A stretch of 63,983 nt of DNA, filler included, from Reticulomyxa filosa (lineage: Eukaryota > Protista > Foraminifera): assembly GCA_000512085.1 (NCBI GenBank). It is 22 parts of 22 records of this genome, joined end to end, with 100 filler letters (N's around TTAATTAATTAA, not from the genome) between each part and the next. Parts side by side here need not be neighbours in the genome. Positions count along the whole stretch, not along the records: positions 23,818 to 27,238 come from ASPP01036417.1; positions 27,339 to 29,095 come from ASPP01003512.1; positions 29,196 to 30,206 come from ASPP01021194.1; positions 30,307 to 36,893 come from ASPP01018943.1; 18 more parts are not named here. One strand, written 5' to 3'. A program made the position numbers and the translations under genes. Below the pieces are notes generated by a model that made no database searches, had not been told where the DNA came from, and saw nothing but the letters and a program-made list of their open reading frames with translations. The first letter of the stretch is position 1; every line of letters starts with the position of its first letter. Of the stretch, positions 23,818 to 34,496 are shown piece after piece.

Positions 23818-25671
23818 TGAATGCCTTTGAGAGTGGAAAAATTACAATTTATTATGAATGTACACACGCACTTGCAATGATTTCATCACAATTAGGAGGA
23901 AAACAGTTGGATAATACATTTCAATCTTTCATTTACAGGTTTCCTTCATATTTTTATATTTTGTATTATAATGCGACTCAATTTATAATGACATTGAAAG
24001 AAGAACAGTTAGACGATGTCCTTAAATGTTTGGTTGATCGATTATCAGATGAAAAAAAATACGATGATGTTCGTAAAAAATACGCAGAATTAATTGGAAA
24101 ACTCTCAATGAAATGGAATGAAACACAATTGATTGATGCTTTTAATTCTTTAATAGATATATTCAATGCTATAGATGACTCTTATGATGCGTTTAATGCT
24201 GTACGTGAGGCAATTGCAGAAATTACAGTGAAATTGCCTGGAAGACAATTCGATAATGCTTTTAATTATTTAATTAGTAGATTAAATTCTAGGAACAACG
24301 CATATTATCTCTTTATACGATTGCACAAAGATTGGATGAAAAACAAATGAACATTGCATTGAATTATTTTATGGATAAGATAAATGATAAAAATGAACAT
24401 CAAAATGTTCGTATCGAGTGTATTCAATTACTTAAAAGATTTCAAATAAATGTAATGAACAACAATTGAATGAAGCTTTTACTCTTCAATGGATATACTC
24501 ACTGATAAAAATGATGATGCAGATATGCGTAAGAGATGTACAGAATTACTTGTAACAGTTGCAGTGAATCTAAATGGAAAACATTTTGATGATGCTTTTC
24601 AATGTTTCACAAATGGCTTAAAAGATAGTGATTCGAGTGTTCAGGAGTCATGTGTAAAATCACTTGTAACACTTTCAAAGAAATGGAATGAAAGTCAATT
24701 GAATATTGCTTTTCAATATTTGATTGATGGATTGAAAGATAAGTAATTGGAGTGTTTGGAAGTCGTGTGTATAATCACTTGTAACACTTTCAAAGAAATG
24801 TAATGATAAACAATTGGATATTACTGTTCAATGTTTGATTGATGGATTTCAAAATATAAATGGATATTGTTATAATACATCCAGAGATTTACTTGAAGGA
24901 ATTACAATGAAATTGAATGAAACACAAATCGATTCTGTTTTCACATGTTTGATCAATAGACTCAAAGGTAAGGATGAAAAGAATCGTAAATTGTATGCAG
25001 CATCTATTGGATTTCTTTTAATGAAATTAAATAAAAAGCAATTGGATGATGTTTTCGAATGTTTGAATGAATTAAAAGATGGAAATGAATGTATTCCTGC
25101 CTTATATGAAAAATCACTTGAACCAATTTTAACAAAATTGAATGATCAACAATTTGATAGAGTTTTCAGTGTTTTCGTGTATGGGTTAACAGATAAATAT
25201 AGTGCAAAATTACTTGCAACAAAAGCGAGTGAGAAACAACTGGAAGAAATTGTCAACGCTTTGATGAGTGGATTGAAAGGTGAAGTTAACTATGTTCGTG
25301 AATCATGTGCAGAATCACTCGGAGTAATTTCAGAGAAATTGAATGAGAAACAGCTGGAAAATGCAATTCATACTTTGATCGATGGATTGAAAGATAAAGA
25401 TAAATATATTCGTAGATCATATGCAAAATCACTTGGAGTAATTTCAAAGAAATTGGATGAGAAACAACTGGAAAATGCAATTAATACTTTGATCGATGGG
25501 TTGAAAGATAAAGATGAAGATGTTCATAAATCGTATACAGAATCACTTGGATTAATTTCAACGAATTTGACTGATAAACAACTGGAAGGAGTTTTTAATG
25601 CTTTGCCAAATGAGCAGAAAAGGAATTACTTTGATTCATATAAAGAAGCACTTGAAATGAAATGGCAGTAA
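23818..25671 (+). pseudogene. HEAT/PBS-lyase-like 38-aa repeat protein, disrupted
   Basis: Repeating LNEKQLENAI.TLIDGLKDKD..VR.S.A.SLG.IS units. The reading frame is split over three ORFs by frameshifts (~24320, ~24440) and in-frame stops (24744-24800). Confidence 0.8.
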
Positions 25672-26439
25672 AACAAGCTCTTGTTGCAAAAGCAAAGATT
25701 TATGCCATTCAAAATGGAGCATTTTATCATCGTGACGAATCAACCAATCAAGCCTATTTTCAATTGTACCTTAATTCAACAGAACGAATCCAATTCCTTC
25801 AGTTTTATCTTCCCAAATTATCCAAAGTATTAAAGAGATTGATTATGAGTGGGTTCAATATTATTTTGATGCCGATATGTTTTATTTTTAAGTGATTCCT
25901 TCATTATCTTCTCTTTCTTAATATTGTACATTTTTATTTATTGAAACATCAACTTTTTTTGTGTGCCATTTTGTTCAAATTCCACTTTGAAATTTGCAAT
26001 TGCAAGCACACAAACCATAAAAAGATAATTCCATATTTTATCACAATTTCTTTACGCCTATATAATCGCATCAAATTCAACAAGAATCAATAATGTCATT
26101 TTTTTCACCAGTTAATTCGCGCACCGAAACTAAACTACATACAAAGAAAAGGAATACAATAAATACTGGTCAATTTGTTCCAAACTATTTTTATCTCGAA
26201 AGAAAATGGACATATTTACTTCATTTAATATAAAACATATAATTTTTATTTGTTTAATTTTGATAAATCAATGTTTTTGAATATAATTCAATTATACATC
26301 TGAAAAGTTAAAATTGTCATATATCAATTAAAATTAAGAAATGAAAAACTACAATAGAATAATCTATACAATTTCAGTATTGAGCCATATTAGACCGAAT
26401 TAACTAATCAAAACAGTCTCATCCTGAAAGTAATGATGC

Positions 26440-27000
26440 ATATTGAAAAGCGATTTTTGTGTATTTTCGAAAGATTTGAGTGTTGACAAACAATGTGTGA
26501 AAAATCGCACAACCACAATTTGCACACAATCCATACATTACAACTGTCATGTTTGAGTTCCTACAATGAATAGAAAGAAGAAAAAAACTAGTAGTCAAAA
26601 TCATCGGTCAAACGACTAATGACCAGTAAATATTACTTTATGCCATTGTAATCTGGCAGTATATAGACAAGATAATAATAAGAAAAGAGACAAAGTAATG
26701 TCTGAATTTTTTCTCGAGCAATCTTTAAGCCATATACTTGTTTGAATGTTGTGTTGTCGTTCTATTGCGTGTTATTGCTCTTTGATTTGTAAATTGTTTC
26801 GATTCTTTTAGCGCCATGCAGCCTATTACTTCATTAGGGAGCCATCCATAAGAAACTATTTTGATCAGTAAATCAATCACTTCATTAATCTTCATATTCT
26901 TGCAATTGAAACAAGTGGAGCCAATATTCTGCTATACTAAAATATCGAGCCATCCTTTTGGAGATATGTTCTCGTCATCATTTCATGTGATTTAATACTC
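26440..27000 (-). mobile_element. Possible highly decayed non-LTR retrotransposon 3' region (RNase H and C-terminal zinc-knuckle remnants)
   Basis: Minus-strand fragments in the expected order: DGS (~26950), FTDQNS (~26865), GLCANCGC..FHTLF (~26500). Many stops, and the spacing is too short. Confidence 0.25.
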
Positions 27001-27339
27001 ATATCCTAAAGTTTAATCAACTCTTCATGCTCTTTATTTGTCATTTGGTTATTTCGTTTCAGAGTCGACTTGAGGATGAAATATATGCTGATAGGGTCAT
27101 AGCAATGAACACGTTTTGCGTCATCATCTATGCCCATATTTGCATATTGTTCTACGTATGTCAGCAACAATCTTGTGCTGGAAAAGAAATAAAATTTATG
27201 CATTTCTTCGGCTATTTTGTTTTGTATTAGTCAATGTGNNNNNNNNNNNNNNNNNNNNNNNNNNNNNNNNNNNNNNNNNNNNTTAATTAATTAANNNNNN
27301 NNNNNNNNNNNNNNNNNNNNNNNNNNNNNNNNNNNNNNT

Positions 27340-27552
27340 CATAATGATAACAACAATCGTAATAGCAACAACAATCATCATAATAATATCAATAATTATG
27401 AAAATCTTTTAAATGAAAAAAATAGAATTATTTCACATTTAACTGATAAAGTAGAAATTTTAGAATTAAAAATACAAAAATTAGAACAATTATTAAAATT
27501 AAAAGATGGAAAAATTGATGTTTTGCAAACAAAAGTTAATCAACTTCATTAA
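27340..27552 (+). CDS. SPEF1: SPEF1/CLAMP-like (sperm flagellar protein 1) C-terminal coiled coil, 5' truncated
   Basis: My translation (not in the ORF track): ...LLNEKNRIISHLTDKVEILELKIQKLEQLLKLKDGKIDVLQTKVNQLH*. Matches the SPEF1 C-terminal pattern EK.......ETV.IL..K...LE.LL.LKD..I..L. Confidence 0.7.
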   Translation, partial: HNDNNNRNSNNNHHNNINNYENLLNEKNRIISHLTDKVEILELKIQKLEQLLKLKDGKIDVLQTKVNQLH

Positions 27553-28222
27553 ATTTGTTTCTTAAAACTTTTTCATTCATGCTTATTTAATTAAATCTTT
27601 TAATTCAATTTATGTTACAATTAATTGATTCATTTTTTTCTTCAAACAAAAAAATTAAGATTATCTAAAATATTTTTTATTCATAATTGTGGGCAATAGT
27701 GCATTTAACATTTCTGTCAATTTTTTAAATTCGAGCACGTGATAACTCATATTTGGTAATTCTTCAGATGGTAATAAAATAATATACTGTTCTGATGACG
27801 GAGCAAGTTTTACAAAAGTGGAAAATTTTCATCCATAATAAAAATACTTTAATTAAAGATATCTGTATATTCATTAATGATATTCGACGGTGGGCACGAG
27901 TTTTTTTATAAGTATATTTTTCACTATAAAATCAATATTATTTCGTTCATGATTATTGCCTAATGTCTTCAATTCGCACGGTCATTACTTTGCACACAGC
28001 ACAATTGCAACAGAAAAAAGGCAAAAAAGCAAGCATAAACCAGTCCTTTCGTTTTCTATTTTATATTTGATAAAATTGGGCACGTTTTTTTGATAATTCG
28101 TTACAAGGAAACCGGAGTATTAAAGTTGTGGGAGAGTCGGCTCAAAGAAAAGTGAGGGGGATCATTTAAGTACATTTTGAAATCAATTTGAATTTTTTTT
28201 TGTTAGAAAGTTTAAAAGAATA

Positions 28223-29006
28223 ATGTCACAAGAACCATCTGGCGCATCCTTGAGTAATCCCAAGGCAGCCAAGCTTCAATCGGAGGCAGAAGCGACAGCA
28301 AAAAAATTTGACTGGTTCGGGTTGAACAAAGAAAAAAATCAAGAGGAAGCCTCGGAAGATTTTGTGAAAGCAGGCGCCCAGTGGAAGCTAACGAAACACT
28401 GTTTGTTTGCTTTTTGGTATCTTTAGATGTGTTTTTGCACACGACAAAGATTGGCAATTACATTTGTATGTATGTTGACTGTGTACGAACTCGATGATAT
28501 AATTTCACACGATGTATAAATGTGTGCCAACGACAATGTGTAATGGGATGGGATCAAAACAAAGTCCAAAACGCTGGTGATTGTTTCAAAAAGGCGGCAG
28601 AATGTTTGATGGCCATTGGGAATCAAATCGAAGCCAACACGCAATGGAAAGAGGCCGGCAAGTGTTATCGTCACATTGACAGTAATCTGGCCATTGATGC
28701 TTACAATCATGCCATTCAACACTTTTTGGACGACGGCAAGTTCAATCAAGCCGCGAGATTACATGAAGAAGTTGAGTGCAAAAACAAACAAACAAACAAA
28801 CAAACAAAATAAATGAATCAATTGTTATAATAGTTAGTAGTTGTAATGAGCTTTTTTGCAAATCGTATCACACTTTACCAATACATACATTGATGGGATA
28901 ATATTGATAGATTGCAGAAATGTTGAGTGAAGACGGAAAGTTGGAAGAGTCGATTCAACAGTTTGAAAAGGCCATCGATTACTTTGAAACTGAACATGAC
29001 GATGCG
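28223..29006 (+). CDS. NAPA: Alpha-SNAP (soluble NSF attachment protein), 3' truncated, 3 exons
   Basis: EEASEDFVKAGAQWKL / AGDCFKKAAE...EAGKCYRH...AIDAY..AI..F.D.GKFNQAARLHEE / IAEM...LEESIQQFEKAIDYFETE. Introns 28401-28564 and 28771-28910. Confidence 0.9.
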
Positions 29007-29195
29007 TACGTAGCACAATTACGTTTTTTTGGGGGGGAGGGGGGGGGGGCTGAACTGACTAAGTTTTTTTTTTTTGCACTCTTTTGTCCCCCCTTNNNNN
29101 NNNNNNNNNNNNNNNNNNNNNNNNNNNNNNNNNNNNNNNTTAATTAATTAANNNNNNNNNNNNNNNNNNNNNNNNNNNNNNNNNNNNNNNNNNNN

Positions 29196-30206
29196 TACTG
29201 ACATTGATATTAATGAAACAAATGTCAAATGGGCTTGTCTTATTTTAAATAATGCTTGGCACTTCCGCACGTTAAATATTTTTAATAGGATGATTTATCA
29301 AATTGTGTAGCAGTTAATGAAAGCAAAAACATATAAATGTCTTTATCAATTACAAATATAAATTATCAATATCTGTTAATTGTTGAATTGTTAAATTGTT
29401 ATACTTACATTTCAACACACAGGGGTTCAACTCTTTCCATGTAATTTGGAAAGATAAAAATAATAGAATACACAAAGAGCCATTGAATCCATATTCAATC
29501 ACTTTCAAACAAGGAATACAACATGTACAACATAATTTACAAAGAAGAAGTCATTTTATATCGGGAGCAGATGAACTAATAAATTTTGAATGTAAATTTG
29601 ACAAATGTAAACCAGAAATATCATCAAAAATGAATGACTCAGATATATTATTGCATGATATTTACAAATATCTTCATCATTATCCAATTATTCAAGTACA
29701 TTGGGAAATAGATTATTATTTCATGGTACCCTATAAACGCACAATTTGTATTGAAAGAAATAATTTACCAAAAAGTGTTCCATTTCAAGATATAGTTATT
29801 TCATTAAATCAAAAAACTAAATTTAATCCATTATTGTATGAATGTGATTTGCATAAACTTAAAATGATTGGAGATACAATACATGTAAAAGTGACAAGAA
29901 CAATGAATTGCAGAAACTATTACATGAAGTGATAAAAAATGATTATTTATGTGATTTAATCATATGTCAACATATAAATAATAAAAAAGAAGAAAAGAAA
30001 TTTTATGATAATATCAAACAACAAATTAATTATAATGAAAAGGATGAAAATGGTGAATTGATATTAAATGATAAAATATTAACAATATTAAATGAATTGA
30101 AGATATTATATCATGATGATATCCATAAACAAATGGGATATCCACTTCAATTACATTATATTCGTGCAATTTTATTGTATTGTGGTAAATCATGTAATGT
30201 TCAATT
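29196..30206 (+). pseudogene. Fragment of an expanded lineage-specific family, possibly the region preceding an ADP-ribosyltransferase-like domain; frameshift near 29905
   Basis: Two overlapping ORFs (29396-29932, 29908-) join by a 1-nt shift and end HKQMGYPLQLHYIRAILLYCGKSCNVQF. The ART link is from recollection of similar foraminiferan proteins only. Confidence 0.45.
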
Positions 30207-32204
30207 NNNNNNNNNNNNNNNNNNNNNNNNNNNNNNNNNNNNNNNNNNNNTTAATTAATTAANNNNNNNNNNNNNNNNNNNNNNNNNNNNNNNNNNNNNN
30301 NNNNNNCAATCCCTTCCGATTTTTCAACAGCTTGTTTTGCAGCAGAGTGACAAAGATGCTAATGCTTGTTCTATTAAAATGTGTATCAGCAATTTCTTTT
30401 ATTAAATTTCATGCCAATTTCTTTCCTAAACTTTAACTAATCTATTACTGAATAATCGTAATGCTTCAAGCATCTTCTAAATCATCTAAAGTTCTTTACA
30501 TTGCACGTGCTTGTATATCTGTATTAAAACATTTTTACAATTTTTGATATAAATTTACCATTGCTATTGCAACACAAACTTTTAATGATTGCGTTCCGTA
30601 AATTTCTAATAATGACTCTCTACCAGTGGGACCCAATTCATGGAATTCCTTGACTATATCATTGACACCTTCGTTTTGAATACAGTGACATAACAACTGA
30701 CACACGAAACTCTATATTTCATCACCAAGTAGTATCGGTGAAAACAAACAAATTGGGTTGTCATAGTCTCTGCGATTTCAAATTTGTCCTTTACTGGAGT
30801 TGAGTATCATCACACATGCATCCATTATATGTTTGTTAAGACATTATCCCATTGCAAAAAACATGTTCATTTATCTTGTTTATTCTTTTTAAAAAACATG
30901 ATCACATTATATACATAGCACATGATCATACAACTTTCCTTTTGCAAACAACAAGGCAAGAGAAACGGCAAACATATTACCCAAAATTTTTGATCATTAT
31001 TTAGGTATGTTAACAAATAATATCTGACATGCTAGTTTTTATACTTTACTATGTATTTTATTTATTTTCTTAATGAAATCAATCACAAGTAATTATTTTG
31101 AATGGCGATTGTTATTATGAGAAACTTCTTTTTTTTAAATATACAACAAACATTTTGATTATTGTCTTGTTGTTCACAACAGATACTTGAACTTGGGAAA
31201 AAGTTTGTACATTCTTACTTTTTTTTTGTCAATCAAAGATCTTAATTTTTCAAAAAAATTGAGTTTTGTCTTTTTTTTGTGGATTGCAAATTTGCTATGA
31301 AATTCAATCATTAATATTGAGATTGTCAATTGTATGATTTATTTTTTAAATTTACGATTAAAAATCAAGGGAGTCAACAAGGAGCTTTAAAACAAAGTAA
31401 TCCAATTTTTTGAGCAGGAATATATAGATCAAAAAAAATTAACAACGACAAAACAGATAAAACAACTTCAACAATCTTTTACCAATATTAAAAGAAAATT
31501 GTTTTCACTGCATGAAAGTACTGCAATGAAGACATTGCCGAAAATAAGTTAACTAAGACCATAAAAAAAATAAAAATATATACATTCATTTGTTTGACCA
31601 GTGTTATTATTGTTTTCATATAGGATTATACTGGATTGTGAATTTGAAATATTGAGAAACATGTGTTTGCATGTATTACATACACATCTTACATTATCCC
31701 AAAAATTAAATTGCCGAATCAGTATCACTGGTTTACGTAACAATTTACAACGTAAATGTCAGTTAAAATATTTATTTTGGTAATGTTTTATTGAATATTG
31801 AGAATCAATTAAGCGTTCTCATTCAAAAAAAAGCAAATGATGATTATAAATACTATCAAAAGGATATTCAATTCTTGTTATTGTTGAATTATTATTGTAG
31901 ATGGATCATACACAGTATATATATTTTTTTTTTACAATTCAAAAAAACAAACTAAGTTATTTGTTATGTATTCAACATTGTATGTTTTACATATATGCGT
32001 CTACTCAAATTAGTATGAAATTATATTTATTTGAACACAAGCAATTAAAAGTAAAAGCATTACAAGTTGGAAATCCAAAACAAAGCTCTTCAGGATTTAA
32101 TATTTATATTGAATACTATTCCAACGTAAATTTGCCGTATTTGCGTGGACAAATTATAACTGTTTGCGTGTCATTAAATCATTTTTTGACCATAATCTTA
32201 TTTA

Positions 32205-32717
32205 CAGTAAGATAAAAAAAAAAGTTGATACCTAAAATGTCACCTTATAGAGATTATTGTGTTTCTCCATGAAAAGACAACATTTAATCAAAATTTTTTT
32301 AAAAATATCTACGAATCTTGTAGTCTTTAAATATTATTTTGGTTTTTTATTAATTTTTTCAAAAATTTTAATCTTTCATTTGATTTGGTAAAATTTCTTA
32401 AAAAAAGTTGACAATCGTGTTTTTCTAGTAGTTATGAAATTTGACAATCTTTTTTTAAACAATTTTTGATGTTTTCCTTTTTTTAGGTGTTCGATATTGA
32501 TTTTTGCCATTTTGATTATTTTGTTGCCGAAATATTGATTGGCAATCATTAGATGAAAATTTTTGAAAAAATTAATAAAAAACCAAAATGATATTTAAAG
32601 ACTACACGATTCGTAGATATTTTTAAAAAAATTGATTAATGTTGTTTTTTCGTAGAAAAACACGATCATCTCTATAAGGTGGCATTTTAGGTGTCAACTT
32701 TCTTTTTTATCTTACTG
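32205..32717. mobile_element. Non-autonomous Tc1/mariner/pogo-type DNA transposon (MITE), 513 bp
   Basis: TA|CAGTAAGATAAAAAA...TTTTTTATCTTACTG|TA. Imperfect inverted repeats of ~170 bp (32205-~32374 vs ~32551-32717), TA duplication at 32203-32204 and 32718-32719, no internal ORF. Confidence 0.9.
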
Positions 32718-33091
32718 TATATCACAAAGGAGAATATGATAAAACATTGTTTAATTTTATTTTTGAAATGTATTGTAAAGTTTGTTTTTGTTGTTGACAT
32801 TTTACATTATTTATAATAAGTTTATTTTAATCTGCTATTACTTTTTACTTATGGAAAAAACTGTCCTTTGGAAAAAAAGGAAATAGAAAGAAAGCATGAT
32901 TTATATGTATTTTAATTGTACTTCTTTATGGAAAATCAATTATCTCTATAATGCAGCATTTAAATTTCAAAATTTACTATATTGGAAAATAATTTGATTA
33001 AAATCGTCAATCCATCCCAGTTTTATCTTTAAGGTTCGAATCCAATATTCAGTAATAAGTTTTATTTCTTTTTTTGGCTATTCATTATTTA

Positions 33092-34252
33092 TTATTTAGT
33101 TTCATACAATAAAATTTGACAAAAAAAAAGGGGTTGAAAGAAAATTACCAACAGTGAGCCATCCCATACACGCACTTTTGTCTTTATATGAGCTGATACT
33201 GTTTTATTTTTATCATTGTATCCTCCAATGATATGTATATGAGTACTATCTTCATTTAATATCGCAGCACAATCACTCAATGGACTGGGTAAAATTGTTT
33301 TAAATATCGTCCATTTGTTTTCTTGAATTGAATACTTGCGCACTGATTTTGAAACTAAATTATAGCCAGTGTTACTACCGAGAAACGACGTGACATAACC
33401 ACCAAAGAATAAGATAATATCATTGATACACACGCATGCATAAGAATGTAGTGATTTAATCTCAATAACAGGCAGTTGATGAAATTGAAAAGTATTATTA
33501 TATTCATCATATTCAATTGATAATCCTGTCTCGCTACAAAACAACAGCATTTGATCATTTTGTTTATTTTTTTCATTTGTTTTCATCATTTCTTGTCCTT
33601 GTCCATTTTCTGACTTTGATACAAGGCAATGACAAAGAATACTATTCATAGTTGGTAATTCATCATGTTTAATAAATTGAAATATATTTAAATCAAACAC
33701 ACTAATATTATATGGATAATAAGTAATAAATAACAAATGATTGTTGCTTCCACCAATCACTGCACGCACTTCATGATAATTATCATTATCTCTTCCAATG
33801 ATAATTGGATTATTGTGATTATCTGTGAAAGGAACCCATTCATTGTAATTGTTCGATTTCTTTAATTTGTTTGATTTATTCATTTCATCCTCATTATTAC
33901 TATTATCGTCATTACTCCAAACGCTTGCATATTTCATCACCAATGTATGTTTGTATCTTCCACCAAAAGACAATAAAGTGATTTGATTGCTTTCTTTGTT
34001 GTTGTTATCTACCAGTTTTACTACACAGTGTTTATTTAATGTAACATTACTTGGATACTTACAGATAAACTTGTATTGGTTTTTGATTGTATGATAAGAA
34101 TAACATTTTCTTTGATTTCTACTTCCACAGATAAGGATTTCGTGTTTATGTATCACATATTGAGGATAAGAAAGTGGAGTCGGCAAATCCTTCAAAGTTT
34201 GAAAGGAAGTTGAGATCATACGATGTTGATTTTGTTTAGCTTGTTTTTTCAT
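33092..34252 (-). CDS. Kelch-repeat protein, paralogue of 2668-3654
   Basis: HEILICGS...CYSYH, ITLLSFGG..KHTLVMKY.SVW, RAVIGGSNNHLLFITY, ILFFGG...KYSIQENKW, IHIIGGY. Same motif order as the contig-2 gene; intron donor near 33148. Confidence 0.9.
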   Translation of the reverse strand: MKKQAKQNQHRMISTSFQTLKDLPTPLSYPQYVIHKHEILICGSRNQRKCYSYHTIKNQYKFICKYPSNVTLNKHCVVKLVDNNNKESNQITLLSFGGRYKHTLVMKYASVWSNDDNSNNEDEMNKSNKLKKSNNYNEWVPFTDNHNNPIIIGRDNDNYHEVRAVIGGSNNHLLFITYYPYNISVFDLNIFQFIKHDELPTMNSILCHCLVSKSENGQGQEMMKTNEKNKQNDQMLLFCSETGLSIEYDEYNNTFQFHQLPVIEIKSLHSYACVCINDIILFFGGYVTSFLGSNTGYNLVSKSVRKYSIQENKWTIFKTILPSPLSDCAAILNEDSTHIHIIGGYNDKNKTVSAHIKTKVRVWDGSLLVIFFQPLFFCQILLYETK

Positions 34253-34496
34253 GTTGTTAATGTTGCTGAGCTCTTAAGAAGTTTGAAAAAGGTGTATTGA
34301 CTCTTTTGAAAAAAATCAGAAAAAACCTTTTGAATGATGTTGCTTAATAATTTTTAAAAACTTTATTAAATCTCCATATTTTTAATGTAATAACAATAAT
34401 ATATTTGATGAATTGTTAGTTTTGCCAAGGATAGATATATTTAACAAGAGTATTTTAATAAATTTTATTTACACAAAAAATTAACAAAAAAGATCA

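Noticed and set aside
25290-25560. CRISPR-like regularly spaced repeats (also in 34600-36650)
   Set aside because: Periods of 114 and 126 nt are in-frame HEAT and WD40 protein repeats; no unique spacers and no cas genes.
30307-30860. Possible decayed minus-strand coding region
   Set aside because: Coding-like texture, but no motif I can name.
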